From Campylobacterota bacterium (GTDB taxonomy: Bacteria > Bdellovibrionota > Bacteriovoracia > Bacteriovoracales > Bacteriovoracaceae): a DNA stretch of 64,000 nucleotides. Position 1 is the first letter of the stretch. Each line of letters starts with the position of its first letter. The DNA lies in assembly GCA_003650125.1 (NCBI GenBank), contig QNFX01000004.1, positions 19,738-83,737 on the forward strand, read 5' to 3'. The position numbers were made by a program, and so were the translations under genes. The notes beneath the pieces were generated by a model, which worked only from the letters and a program-made list of their open reading frames with translations, did no database searches and had not been told where the DNA came from. Below, piece by piece: positions 7,941 through 18,371 of the stretch.

Positions 7941-9242
7941 CTAATCCGCCAAGGAAATACCACTAGGAACCTTTTTAGGAACAATTCTATGAAGATCATA
8001 AACGGATAAATCCGTCAGGCAATGAAGGAAATTTACAACATCATCAATTTCCTTATCACTTAGGTTTACTTTTGGCAGCTCGCTGGCATTTAAAATAGCA
8101 TCTAATAAATTTTTATCTTTTAAGGCACCTATATCCTGCTGATCTAGATCGGCCCTGGTAGGAAGATAGGCCTTTTCAATAGTGTAGTTTTTTAACATTT
8201 TTTCAGGATAAATATGATGAACAACCACATCTCTTAAATTCCCATAGGCCCCATTATGCCCCCAAGGGCCTGTCACTGCCACATTTCTAAGAGATGGAGT
8301 TCTAAATTTATAACGATCCAAAATATCACCAGTTACTTGCTCTCTACCAAAATCATCATATCCTTTTTCACCATCTCCCTTACCAGGCCCAATTGGCGGC
8401 ATAGCAATGGCATGAAATTTATAGTCGGTTTGTAGCTGCCCGCTATGACAAGTAATACATTTAGCTTTTCCTTTAAAAAGTTCTCCCCCTCTTTTTGCTG
8501 ACTCAGATATGATTTCTTGATCCCCGTAGCTATATTGATCGTAGGGTGAATTTAAAGTGGAAAATGCCTGAGATTGAAAAATGGCCAAAGTATTGGCCAC
8601 CTGAACAATATTTATATCTTTGGCATCTGTTACTTCATCAGAATAAGCATTTTGAAATCTTTCAACGTACTCGGGAATATTTCTAAGTCTTTTAATCAAA
8701 AGATTCCAGGCCTTTATATTTTGCCCTTCTGCCACAGCATCACCCACAGAATTTTCCCCCTTATCACCGGCCATTTCAGAATCACTAAGCAAAGGAAATA
8801 AGGCCTGTGCGGCAAGAGTTCCGGTTAATCCATCTGGAAGATCCATACCCATCGGAGTTTTTATTCCACTGGGAAACTTTTCATTTATCTCCACCCTGCC
8901 ATCATGAAATAATGAGGTAAACTCAGGACCTCCTAAATTAAATACTGCTGGAGAATTCCTGGGAACTCTCACTTTGACCTTCCCCGCATTTCGAGTAGAA
9001 CCAAGCCCCTTTCCCCCTTCACCAATGGGCAGAGAAATAGCATCTCCTGTAAAAAGCAAAGGATTGTGGCAAGTAGCACAGCTAATATTTCTATTTCCAC
9101 TTAGGATTTTATCAAAAAAGAGCATTCGACCTAATTCAAATTTACTTTTCCCCTCTTTTGCCAACTTATAACTTGCTTCAAAATGATCAGTTGCATAGGA
9201 TTTACCAGAAATAAAAAGCATTAGGGCACACAATATCTTCAT
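7941..9242 (-). CDS. di-heme cytochrome c peroxidase (CcpA/MauG family)
   Basis: Two CxxCH sites (CATCHNP, CITCHSG) and the GPWGHNG motif. Start moved to the ATG at 9242 (MKILCALMLFISGKSYA signal peptide) behind GGAG. Confidence 0.85.
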   Translation of the reverse strand: MKILCALMLFISGKSYATDHFEASYKLAKEGKSKFELGRMLFFDKILSGNRNISCATCHNPLLFTGDAISLPIGEGGKGLGSTRNAGKVKVRVPRNSPAVFNLGGPEFTSLFHDGRVEINEKFPSGIKTPMGMDLPDGLTGTLAAQALFPLLSDSEMAGDKGENSVGDAVAEGQNIKAWNLLIKRLRNIPEYVERFQNAYSDEVTDAKDINIVQVANTLAIFQSQAFSTLNSPYDQYSYGDQEIISESAKRGGELFKGKAKCITCHSGQLQTDYKFHAIAMPPIGPGKGDGEKGYDDFGREQVTGDILDRYKFRTPSLRNVAVTGPWGHNGAYGNLRDVVVHHIYPEKMLKNYTIEKAYLPTRADLDQQDIGALKDKNLLDAILNASELPKVNLSDKEIDDVVNFLHCLTDLSVYDLHRIVPKKVPSGISLAD

Positions 9243-9357
9243 ATTTAATCTCCAATTACTTATCGGAGTACTCAAGATTTTCATTATAAACCAATATATT
9301 TTTTGTTTAGATGAAAAGCATTTTGCCAGGCCATGATTTGACAATTATCATTTAATT

Positions 9358-9870
9358 ATGAAAAAACTACTCATTTTACTATTAATCCCAAATATCTATC
9401 TCACGGCCAAATCTTTTGAAAAAAAACTAGATAAACCCTTAAAACTTCCGCACGACTTCCATGTCATATTATCTGTGGAGATGTTTGAACTTCAAGGAAA
9501 AATGAACCTTTTACTTGAGGGAATCTCCCGAGGAAAATGGAAAATGGTGGAGTCCACTGCAGACTACATAAGCGATAACTATATTTTAAAACAAAAAATG
9601 ACCTACAAAGAAAAGAAGATGCTAAAAAAAGCACTCCCTGATGGTTTTGTGGCGCTTGATAAATATTTCCATCAGACTGCTAAAGAATTAAAAGAGGCAG
9701 CAACAAAAAAAGAGTCTGGTCTCGTATTAGAGAAATACCGCCACCTAATTAAAACTTGTATGGAATGTCATGGTAGATATGCTGCTTATAAATTTATCGA
9801 CTTTCAGGGATATGAAGTTCCCGCCACAGTTCCTAAAAATTTCTATAAGCACCTAGATGATTGGAGATAG
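9358..9870 (+). CDS. putative periplasmic c-type cytochrome (class II / cytochrome c'-like)
   Basis: Signal peptide, helix-rich sequence and a single CMECH heme site near the C-terminus. Divergent from the peroxidase gene. Confidence 0.5.
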   Translation: MKKLLILLLIPNIYLTAKSFEKKLDKPLKLPHDFHVILSVEMFELQGKMNLLLEGISRGKWKMVESTADYISDNYILKQKMTYKEKKMLKKALPDGFVALDKYFHQTAKELKEAATKKESGLVLEKYRHLIKTCMECHGRYAAYKFIDFQGYEVPATVPKNFYKHLDDWR

Positions 9871-9872
9871 CT

Positions 9873-10409
9873 CTATACCTCTTCAAAAGTTCTCTTTTCC
9901 ATATTTTTTTCTACCCCAGGCACAGCAAAAACTTTGTTATGAAAAGAAATATAGACACCTGGGTCTAAAAGAGTGACTGCCATTAACGCCTCCGTAACAT
10001 TTTGGAAGGCATCAGAATCCACAAATCCAAGAGGCTTCATGGCACCAGTAAAGATCAGGGGATATTTACTGCCACCCAAGTGATCATGAATATAATGGGC
10101 ACTTAGACTCATCGTATCAGTCCCATGCAGAACCACCACTTTTCGCCCCTTGTTAAATTCATCCAAAATCGTATCTAAAAGTAACTGCCGGTCTTCTGAG
10201 GTGAAATTTAGAGAATCCTTGGAGAGAATAGATCTTAAATGAATATTGCTATAAGGCGTTCTAAGCTTGTCTAGCACCTTATTTTGCACCAATGACTCCT
10301 TGTTAACCAAGGTTCCCTCTATCTCATCATATTTCTTTTCAATGGTTCCCCCAGTGGAGATTAGGGTAATTTCCATGATTTCATTCTTCAAAGTCGCCTC
10401 CTGGGCCAA
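9873..10409 (-). CDS. short asparaginase-domain protein (N-terminal domain only)
   Basis: LISTGGTIEK and VLHGTDTM are the two threonine motifs of the L-asparaginase/GatD family. The protein is only 178 aa. Confidence 0.6.
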   Translation of the reverse strand: MAQEATLKNEIMEITLISTGGTIEKKYDEIEGTLVNKESLVQNKVLDKLRTPYSNIHLRSILSKDSLNFTSEDRQLLLDTILDEFNKGRKVVVLHGTDTMSLSAHYIHDHLGGSKYPLIFTGAMKPLGFVDSDAFQNVTEALMAVTLLDPGVYISFHNKVFAVPGVEKNMEKRTFEEV

Positions 10410-10521
10410 AAATACCTAAAAACTTGCCTGAAGTCCACTTGACACGCTAATTTCTACTACCATCTTGACGGTTGGATACGATTAACATTTATTATTCATT
10501 TGAAAATTATAAGGAGAACCA

Positions 10522-12417
10522 ATGACCGCAAGAACTGGAACGATTTCGGTAAAGACCTCAGACATATTCCCCATCATCAAAAAGTGGCTCTATTCAGAAC
10601 ATGATATTTTCTTGAGAGAACTTGTCGCCAATGCCACTGATGCCATTACCAAAAGGGCCGGCCTAGGCAGGACCCGAAATGAAAAAATTCCTGAAGGTGA
10701 GATATCAGTTTCAGTAAATAAAGGTGAAAAAACTATTATCATTTCTGACAACGGACTTGGGATGTCAGAGACCGAGGTGGAAAAGTACATCGCCCAACTG
10801 GCCTTCTCCGGAGCGGAAGAATTTGTAAAAAAGATTGAAAAGACAGGAGAGAAAGAAGGAGAGATCATTGGTAAATTTGGTCTTGGTTTTTATTCATCCT
10901 TTATGGTGGCGGCAAAAGTCGATATTGAAACTCTCTCCATGGAAGAAGGGGCCAAAGCTACAAAATGGACTTGTGAAGGTGATACCGATTACTCTTTTTC
11001 TGACTCTGATAAAAAAGACGTTGGAACCACCATTACTTTACATGTAAATAAGGATGGTGAAGAATTTCTAGATTTATGGAAAGTCACCAACACACTTCAA
11101 AAATTTTGTGATTACATGCCTTATAAAATTAAAGTGGAAGACGCTGAAAATAAAACCAGAGAAAATGATAAAGGTGAAATCGAACAGGTTGAACCCACTC
11201 TAATTAACGAAATCAAACCACTATGGAAAAGAGACCCCAAGGAAGTAAAAGATGAAGAATATAAGGAATTCTTTAAAAAAATGTTTCCGATGGAACAAGA
11301 ACCTCTTTTTTGGGTTCATTTAAAAATAGATCACCCCTTCACTTTAGAAGGAATTCTCTATTTCCCTAAGATTAATACGAACAAGCCCTTTAATGAATCC
11401 AATATAAAACTTTATTGCAAACAAGTTTTTGTTTCTGATAACGTAAAAAATATTATTCCCGATTTTCTCTCTATGCTTAGAGGAGTCATTGATTCCAATG
11501 ATATCCCTTTAAATGTCTCTAGATCATCCCTTCAAGGAGATCCAAACATTAGGAAAATCAGTAATTATATTGTCAAAAAAGTTGGTGATGCCCTTAAGAC
11601 ACTTTTTAGAAAAGATCGGGAAAAATTTGAAAAGATCTGGCCGGATATTGGTCTCTTTGTAAAATACGGATGTATTTCAGAAGCTAAATTTGATGAGATT
11701 TTAAGATCAATGGTCATCTTTAAAAACTCTGAAGATAAATATATGACACTTGAAGAATACCAAGGATCTATCCCAAAAGAATATACCGAGAAAATGAAAG
11801 ATTTAGTTCTCTACTTTGAAGATGGAGTATCTGACTACAATCTTAAAAATCATTTATGGGAGAAAGGGGTTGGAGTTATTCACACCGATGGCCATATCGA
11901 CCCTCACTTCATGCAACATGTGGAAACACAAAAAAGAGGTGATAATACTTATCGTTTCTCTTCAGTTGATTCAGAAATTGGAAATATCTTAGAGAGTGAA
12001 AATGTGGCCGAAGAAGATATGAAAGTTAAAGATCTTTTTAGCAAAGTTCTTTTTGGGGACCAAAAAGAGGAAGAAAAAACAGAGGTTGTACTACAAAAAT
12101 TAAAAGATAGTAATGCTCCTGCCTATTATAAAATCGATGAACAGATGCGAAGATTTTCTAAAATGGCAGAAAGCATGGGGGGGAATGAAAAATTTCCGAT
12201 TAAGAAAACTTTTGTGGTTAATCCTGCCAACACCTTAATCCAAAATGCTCTTAAAATGCATGAAAAAGGGGAGCATAAGGGCCTTGTAAATAAGCTATGT
12301 CATCATGTAGAAGACCTCGCCAATATCTCAAGCGGTGGTCTAAATAATGAAGAGCGAGATTCGTTTGTACAAAGAAGTCAGGAACTTTTAAAAGAACTAA
12401 CCGGTCTGGCCCTATAA
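10522..12417 (+). CDS. htpG: molecular chaperone HtpG (Hsp90)
   Basis: LYSEHDIFLRELVANATDA, IGKFGLGFYSSFMVA, DIPLNVSRSSLQ. 631 aa. Confidence 0.95.
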   Translation: MTARTGTISVKTSDIFPIIKKWLYSEHDIFLRELVANATDAITKRAGLGRTRNEKIPEGEISVSVNKGEKTIIISDNGLGMSETEVEKYIAQLAFSGAEEFVKKIEKTGEKEGEIIGKFGLGFYSSFMVAAKVDIETLSMEEGAKATKWTCEGDTDYSFSDSDKKDVGTTITLHVNKDGEEFLDLWKVTNTLQKFCDYMPYKIKVEDAENKTRENDKGEIEQVEPTLINEIKPLWKRDPKEVKDEEYKEFFKKMFPMEQEPLFWVHLKIDHPFTLEGILYFPKINTNKPFNESNIKLYCKQVFVSDNVKNIIPDFLSMLRGVIDSNDIPLNVSRSSLQGDPNIRKISNYIVKKVGDALKTLFRKDREKFEKIWPDIGLFVKYGCISEAKFDEILRSMVIFKNSEDKYMTLEEYQGSIPKEYTEKMKDLVLYFEDGVSDYNLKNHLWEKGVGVIHTDGHIDPHFMQHVETQKRGDNTYRFSSVDSEIGNILESENVAEEDMKVKDLFSKVLFGDQKEEEKTEVVLQKLKDSNAPAYYKIDEQMRRFSKMAESMGGNEKFPIKKTFVVNPANTLIQNALKMHEKGEHKGLVNKLCHHVEDLANISSGGLNNEERDSFVQRSQELLKELTGLAL

Positions 12418-13119
12418 CGAAGGTTTAATTTCCGGAGGACAATACTTTTCCATACGCTGTTTCAATTCATTTTGCACGGCCTTTTTAAAAGTATCCTCCG
12501 GACGTTTTTCACAAATTTCAATAAACTCAGCAATATCTACATTTTGATAATTCAAACGAATCTTTTTAAAAAGTTTAGGCAATGTCTGTCCTGGAATTTG
12601 TACATGATGAAGGCCTCCACTAAAGGCCAGAATCATTTTGCCTGTTTTAATATGAGTTAAAATATCAGCAATACCACCCATGATAGACATAGGTTTTCCT
12701 GTTTTATCAAGTCCTGTAGGTCTTTTCATTCGTCCTTCAGGAGCAATGGCCACCATAGATTTATCATCTATATATTTTAAAAAATTATCCCAGGTATCAT
12801 CCCTTTTTCTTGAAATAGGCATCATTCCGGGAAAAGAAAATTTAAAAAATTTCCCCACCAAAGGCCTTTTAAGCGTAATGTCTGCTCCCGGGGCCAAAAC
12901 ATTTCCATAATGCTCAAAGATAAATCGCCAAGGGATTGCCCCTATAAAGAGTGGTTCATAAAGACTGGTATGGTTTAAAAAAACATACATGCGTACATTT
13001 TTCCAAGGATCAAAGTCAGGTTTTGAAACCCAGTTGACTTCAATCTTATAAAAAAGACGACCAACTATTTTGGCCATTGAAATAACAAAAAAAGCGATTA
13101 GTTTTCTCATATCAACCAA
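12412..13119 (-). CDS. lysophospholipid (PlsC-type) acyltransferase family protein
   Basis: FLNHTSLYEP (HX4D/E-like block) and IAPEGRM block. N-terminal membrane anchor. Confidence 0.6.
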   Translation of the reverse strand: MVDMRKLIAFFVISMAKIVGRLFYKIEVNWVSKPDFDPWKNVRMYVFLNHTSLYEPLFIGAIPWRFIFEHYGNVLAPGADITLKRPLVGKFFKFSFPGMMPISRKRDDTWDNFLKYIDDKSMVAIAPEGRMKRPTGLDKTGKPMSIMGGIADILTHIKTGKMILAFSGGLHHVQIPGQTLPKLFKKIRLNYQNVDIAEFIEICEKRPEDTFKKAVQNELKQRMEKYCPPEIKPSL

Positions 13120-14473
13120 GTAATTCCAACTGGGCCTTTTTAAAGGTCTCAGATATTTTTTCTATTTTTATATGTTTACCATTTTTTATCACCCAATTTC
13201 CCGCCACGATGTTTCCAGAAAATACGCTGGAATCGGCAGAATATATTAGCGCAGAAAGAAGGTATTCATTTTTTTTACTGGCCAAGACCGGATGATCTGG
13301 ATTTATAACTGCCACGTCAAAAGGATCTCCTACTTTTAACGCCTGATGGTCTTTTATTCCCATGGCCTTTAGTCCTGCTTTTCGTGTTAAATTAAATAAT
13401 ATTTCCCCACTATCTTGTCCATCCGCAAGGCACATAATATTTCTCTTCTTTAATTTTAATCTTTGGCCATAATCTAGCAGTCTTAGTTCCTGTAGAGGGT
13501 TTAGATTAAAATTACCATCTGTTCCAATAGAAAATTGACCACCTACTTTTAAATATTCCACTAAGTTAAAAAGGCCATCACCTAGATTGGCCTCAGTGGT
13601 AGGACAGATAACGACATTGGCGCCACTCTGGGCCAGGTTATGGGTCTCATTATTATCAAGATGAGTAGCATGAACAAGATTATAGCGATCGTTTAACTCT
13701 AGATTATCTAAAAGCCACTCTACTGGTCTTTTTCCTAGATGTTGCAGGCAGGACTGAACTTCTTTTTCTTGCTCAGCAATATGGATATGGGCCGGCAGTT
13801 TTTTATCCGTATTTAAAAAGGCCTCAAGCACCTGGGGGCCATCAACGGCCCTTAATGAATGAACACAAACTCCTAGAGAAAATAAGGGATCACTTACTTC
13901 AAGAGATTCCAAAAGCTTTAAATAGTCATTTGTGGTGGAAGATATAAATCTTTTTTGCTCAGGAAGAGCACCTTTGCCAAAGCCTCCCCTTTGATAAAAA
14001 ACCGGTAGCAGGGTAATATTTATTCCGACTTCTTTGGCCGCAGCATAAAGACGTTTCCCCATTTCGCCAACATCATCAAATGCTTCCCCATTAGCTTGGT
14101 GATGAACATAATGAAATTCTGCCACGTGAGTAATTCCCATTCGCGCCATTTCCGCGTAGAGCATAGTGGCGATCGCTTGAAGCCCCTCGGGACTTATTTT
14201 ACCAGCGAGTTCATACATCACCTTTCGCCAGCTCCAAAAATCATCTCCCTTGGCACCTGGTGGAAGATTTTCACTTAGCCCTACCATTGAATACTGAAAG
14301 GCGTGAGAGTGAGCATTTAAAAATCCTGGAATGGCCAGTCCGTCGATGGCCTCAAATTTCTCAGGTGCATCTTCACCAATACTAACAATTATTCCCCGGG
14401 CATCGGTCTTAACAAAACAGGGCCCATGCCATTTCTCATCACTGTAAAGGCCTTTTAATTTCCACCATTTCAT
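13112..14473 (-). CDS. hutF: formimidoylglutamate deiminase
   Basis: PGFLNAHSHAFQ, VAEFHYVHH, VHSLRAV, HIHIAEQEKEV, LVHATH, TEANLGDG. These are collinear with Pseudomonas HutF as I recall it. Confidence 0.85.
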   Translation of the reverse strand: MKWWKLKGLYSDEKWHGPCFVKTDARGIIVSIGEDAPEKFEAIDGLAIPGFLNAHSHAFQYSMVGLSENLPPGAKGDDFWSWRKVMYELAGKISPEGLQAIATMLYAEMARMGITHVAEFHYVHHQANGEAFDDVGEMGKRLYAAAKEVGINITLLPVFYQRGGFGKGALPEQKRFISSTTNDYLKLLESLEVSDPLFSLGVCVHSLRAVDGPQVLEAFLNTDKKLPAHIHIAEQEKEVQSCLQHLGKRPVEWLLDNLELNDRYNLVHATHLDNNETHNLAQSGANVVICPTTEANLGDGLFNLVEYLKVGGQFSIGTDGNFNLNPLQELRLLDYGQRLKLKKRNIMCLADGQDSGEILFNLTRKAGLKAMGIKDHQALKVGDPFDVAVINPDHPVLASKKNEYLLSALIYSADSSVFSGNIVAGNWVIKNGKHIKIEKISETFKKAQLELLG

Positions 14474-15270
14474 AGTTTTTCCTTTGCCAGGTTAATTAGA
14501 GTTTCCTTTAACCTATCACGAATCAAGGCGGCCCTCAGTTCCATGTAGTGGTCATTAGATTCATCTAGATAGAGGTCTTGACTCATCTCAAGTTGCAAAG
14601 CATGGATACCCTCCTCAGGTTTTCCAAACCATCTAGTCAGGTGTCCGCCCTTAAAAGGTGTATTGTGATAAACCTCAAAAATTTTTCGCGCTCCCAGAGT
14701 TTCTAGTGTCACGTCGATTAATTTTGAATCAGCCGTTTTTCCATCATTGTCCCCTAGGATCAGATCGGGAAAAGAATGCTCACTAATGCTTGAAACATTT
14801 CTTTTAATCGAGTGGCAATCAAAAAAAATAGCGTAACCAAATTCTTTTTTAATATCGGCCAGTAGTTCTTCAACTTTTTTATAATAAGGCCAAAAATATT
14901 TTTGTAAGCGATTTTTAATTTCATCCGATGTCGGTGGCCCATCTTTATAAAGAGGAGTTTTTGAAAAGCTATGGGAAGGAACCACTCCGGTCAAAAATCG
15001 ACCATCATGATATAGACCTTCTCCTTTGAAATCCCGGTTAAGATCAACTACATAGCGAGAATAATTTGCCGAAATTTGAGTAATGCCCATTGTCGGCGCA
15101 AAGTCATAAAGACGATCTATAAACCAATCTGTATCCAGCGGATGATCTATAATATCTTGCTTGAAACTTTTAATAATTTCTGCAGGAAAGTTAACTCCAC
15201 TATGGGGAGAACTTAAAAGAATAGGTAAACGTTTTCCTAAAGGTTTTTTAATAGCGTAGATGTGATCCAT
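14470..15270 (-). CDS. hutG: N-formylglutamate amidohydrolase
   Basis: ILLSSPHSG near the N-terminus and DLNR are FGase family features. 266 aa. Translationally coupled to hutF by a 4-nt overlap. Confidence 0.8.
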   Translation of the reverse strand: MDHIYAIKKPLGKRLPILLSSPHSGVNFPAEIIKSFKQDIIDHPLDTDWFIDRLYDFAPTMGITQISANYSRYVVDLNRDFKGEGLYHDGRFLTGVVPSHSFSKTPLYKDGPPTSDEIKNRLQKYFWPYYKKVEELLADIKKEFGYAIFFDCHSIKRNVSSISEHSFPDLILGDNDGKTADSKLIDVTLETLGARKIFEVYHNTPFKGGHLTRWFGKPEEGIHALQLEMSQDLYLDESNDHYMELRAALIRDRLKETLINLAKEKL

Positions 15271-15313
15271 AGATTGAATATATCATTTAGATTAAGGGAT
15301 CGTCTCCCCTCTT

Positions 15314-16276
15314 TTAATAGAATCTATCTTCTTTTACTAAGTGTTCATTTACGTAATTATCTACGCCTTCTTCAAGGGAACTAAACTTAATATCAAAGAG
15401 AGTATTACAAAGCTTACCCATTTCTGCCTGGGTATAATATTGATACTGGTCCCGCAAAGACTCCGGCATTTCAATATATTCAATACTGGGAGTTTTACCT
15501 AAGGCCTTAAAGACTGCTTTGGCCAGATCCTCAAAACTTCGTGCTTTCCCTGTCCCTAGGTTATAAATCCCCGATAAGCTGGAATCTTGAATCTTGCTTA
15601 ATTCAATCATTACCTGCGCCACGTCTTTAACATAGATAAAATCCCTAAGCTGTCCACCATCGGCGAAACCTTCTTGATAAGATTTAAAAAGACCAACACT
15701 CCCTTTTTCTTTAATTTGCTCAAAGGCCTTCTTAACCACCGACATCATATGGCCTTTGTGATATTCATTTGGCCCATAGACATTAAAGAACTTTAGTCCA
15801 AACCATTCAGGTGGTGTCTCAATTTGCTCTAGCGCCCACTCATCAAAAATTTGCTTGGAATCCCCATAAGGATTTAGCGGTTTTAAATCAGAGATTTTAT
15901 CATGAGCATCACTATAACCATTCTCTCCAGCTCCATAAGTTGCAGCAGATGAGGCATAAATTAAGGGAATACTATATTCAGTGCATTTTTTAAAAATATG
16001 TTGGGAGTATTCAATATTGTTTTTTCTAAGGAACTCAATGTCCATTTCCGTGGTGGAAGAACAGGCACCCATATGAAACACATAGCGGATATCTTCCCAA
16101 GGAAAATCATCTTTTAAAACAAGAGAGGCATCTAAATAGCTGGTAATATCTGCTTTTTCTAGATTGGATAAATCATCAGTCATATCAACCGCGATAATAT
16201 TATCCATTCCTCTTAAATTAAGCGATCGAATAAGAACGCTTCCAATAAATCCCGCTGCACCGGTTATTAAAAACAT
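15314..16276 (-). CDS. hldD: ADP-L-glycero-D-manno-heptose 6-epimerase
   Basis: ITGAAGFIGS, HMGACSSTTE, YASSAATYG, FNVYGPNEYHKG, NLGTGKARSF. Collinear with E. coli HldD. Confidence 0.9.
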   Translation of the reverse strand: MFLITGAAGFIGSVLIRSLNLRGMDNIIAVDMTDDLSNLEKADITSYLDASLVLKDDFPWEDIRYVFHMGACSSTTEMDIEFLRKNNIEYSQHIFKKCTEYSIPLIYASSAATYGAGENGYSDAHDKISDLKPLNPYGDSKQIFDEWALEQIETPPEWFGLKFFNVYGPNEYHKGHMMSVVKKAFEQIKEKGSVGLFKSYQEGFADGGQLRDFIYVKDVAQVMIELSKIQDSSLSGIYNLGTGKARSFEDLAKAVFKALGKTPSIEYIEMPESLRDQYQYYTQAEMGKLCNTLFDIKFSSLEEGVDNYVNEHLVKEDRFY

Positions 16277-17017
16277 CTATTCACTCCATTTTTTAGCAAG
16301 ATAAGGATGAACAATTAAGGCCACTCCCAGTATTCCCAGTTCATATAAAAAAATTAAGGGAATCCATACTCCTAAAAGGGTGATTACATCAGGTGGTGTG
16401 ATCACTGCAGCGGCCACGGCCATCCCGACATAGACATATCTACGCCAAGATCTCAAAGACTGTTTGGTAACCATTCCCATAAATCCAAGAATTAAAAGAG
16501 CATTTGGCACTTGAAACATTAGACCTAGAAAAACTAAAACCTTACTGGCAAGAACTAGATAATCTTTCAGTCCAATAGTCGCCTCAACATTTGCCACTCC
16601 AAAATTAGTTAGGGTTTCAAAGAAAAAGGGAAAAACTATAAAGTAACCAAAAGATATGCCCAGACAAAAAAGAATAAATCCGATTATGATAAATGGCCTT
16701 ACTGCCTTTAGTTCATGGTCATAAAGTCCTGGTTTAATAAACTTCCAGATTTCTCTAAACCAAAAGGGGGAGGTCAAAAGAATAGAAGACCAAAAGGCGA
16801 CCTGAAGTTGGGACAACACCTTGTCGAGCAGGCCTAAGTAGACAATTTTCCCCTTATTTTCTCCGCTTAAAACTTCTCTAAGTGGAGTTAATAAAAGTTC
16901 AGAAATTTCATCACCTACCGCATAAGCGAGAAAAAAACCTACAAAAAGAATTATTAGACACCTGATAAGGGTCGTCCGAAGCTCTTCTAAATGTTCTACA
17001 AAAGATATTTCATTCAT
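16277..17017 (-). CDS. tatC: twin-arginine translocase subunit TatC
   Basis: SFVEHLEELR N-terminus, six TM segments, TPPDV motif. Confidence 0.9.
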   Translation of the reverse strand: MNEISFVEHLEELRTTLIRCLIILFVGFFLAYAVGDEISELLLTPLREVLSGENKGKIVYLGLLDKVLSQLQVAFWSSILLTSPFWFREIWKFIKPGLYDHELKAVRPFIIIGFILFCLGISFGYFIVFPFFFETLTNFGVANVEATIGLKDYLVLASKVLVFLGLMFQVPNALLILGFMGMVTKQSLRSWRRYVYVGMAVAAAVITPPDVITLLGVWIPLIFLYELGILGVALIVHPYLAKKWSE

Positions 17018-17090
17018 AACACGACGCTTTATACCCTAAATTTTATTTACCTGGCAACCGATAGATAATATATGTAAAAAGGGGCCTAAC

Positions 17091-17681
17091 TTGAAGAAAT
17101 TCTTAGTAATCTTGATATTTTTTGGGAGCTCTGCTTGGGCCAATTCTCTACTTGAATGTTTGGGCAAAGAAGAACTTAATATCCACCAAAATAAGGTGGT
17201 AGGCCCTATTTACACCTTAAACCGCCATTTCGTTAATAAATTTGCCAGCTTTAGCAATATTAGTATTAAAAAAAAATATGTCACCAAAATCTGCCATGAT
17301 AAGGATTTCTCTCCATCCGTGGCCCTTTTAAAAACCATTTTATTGGAAGGAAAAAAGATCTATTTCCTTTCAAAGGACCAATTTAAAAGAGCAGAAGAGG
17401 TGGCCACTATTGAATCCTTTTTAAATCACATTCCCCATACTTTCTTCTCTTATCTAGCGAGTCTGCAAAACGTAGCTGCAACTCCTGACTGTCTGGAAAA
17501 AAATGTAAAACACTTAAAAGAGTTCATCGATAATATCTTTTACCTAGAATCAGAATTCTCAGCACGAGAAATATTTGAAAAAAGAGAAAAAATTCAAGAG
17601 ACTTTTGAAGACCTGAAAAGTCTAGATACTATTTGGGCCAAATGCAAAAAAGAGGCCTCAGCTAAGAAAGTTAAAAAATAG
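17091..17681 (+). CDS. secreted hypothetical protein
   Basis: Signal peptide MKKFLVILIFFGSSAWA. No recognised domain. Confidence 0.5.
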   Translation: MKKFLVILIFFGSSAWANSLLECLGKEELNIHQNKVVGPIYTLNRHFVNKFASFSNISIKKKYVTKICHDKDFSPSVALLKTILLEGKKIYFLSKDQFKRAEEVATIESFLNHIPHTFFSYLASLQNVAATPDCLEKNVKHLKEFIDNIFYLESEFSAREIFEKREKIQETFEDLKSLDTIWAKCKKEASAKKVKK

Positions 17682-18371
17682 CTCACCTTTAAATTTCTCA
17701 TCTACAAATTCTTTTAATTCGGCCTGTCTGGAATTGATCTTCAAAACAACTAAACTATTTTTTATCTCAGAAACTTCATTTTTTGGATCCCACTTTTTTA
17801 TGATCTCATCCATTTTCAAATAAAGTTCTACTGGAGTCATGCCCAACACTCGTTCTTTTTTAGGAGTAACTAAAATCGTTTCTCCCTGAAAATCATGAAT
17901 AATTTTTTCCACATCAAAAAGACAAGTGCTACATCCTCCGGTAGCACCGGTTTGATCTAAGATGGAAAGCAAGTCACCTGAACCATTTTTAAGGGCGTCT
18001 AAAACTTGTCCCTTATAAACACCAAAACAGCGACAGATTAAAGCCTCTGCTTTTTCTCCTAAAAGCTCAAAACGATAAGTTTTTCCAATAAAGTCATCAA
18101 TCGCCTGATTTAGAAGTTTTACCGGTAAATTAATAAATTCATCGCCAAAGGATAACTCCCGAGCTTCAGATAAATTTTTTCCTATGACTTTTTCACCGAG
18201 TATTGAAAAAGATGGGATCCATTTTTCCAGACCCTTTTGTTCGTAGCTAAAATCTATAATCTTATTTTTATCGATATCGAGGAATATGGTTGCGGCCACT
18301 CCCTCCTTTGGAATATAAGAGGCATTGGCATTAAAAAAAAGAGGTCTCTCGTTATATTTAGAAATTTTCAT
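17658..18371 (-). CDS. NifU-like protein with a BFD-type [2Fe-2S] motif (no IscU cysteines)
   Basis: CRC...x...GGCSTC cysteine pattern in the middle, as in BFD-like [2Fe-2S] domains. The N-terminal ~100 aa are IscU-sized but contain no Cys. Confidence 0.5.
   Translation of the reverse strand: MKISKYNERPLFFNANASYIPKEGVAATIFLDIDKNKIIDFSYEQKGLEKWIPSFSILGEKVIGKNLSEARELSFGDEFINLPVKLLNQAIDDFIGKTYRFELLGEKAEALICRCFGVYKGQVLDALKNGSGDLLSILDQTGATGGCSTCLFDVEKIIHDFQGETILVTPKKERVLGMTPVELYLKMDEIIKKWDPKNEVSEIKNSLVVLKINSRQAELKEFVDEKFKGELFFNFLS

Noticed and set aside
10430-10521. Search for a sigma-32-type heat-shock promoter (CTTGAAA-N13-15-CCCCAT) upstream of htpG
   Set aside because: Two TTGAC(A/G) hexamers are present, but neither has a convincing -10 at proper spacing and no CCCCAT-like element is seen. 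No promoter called.
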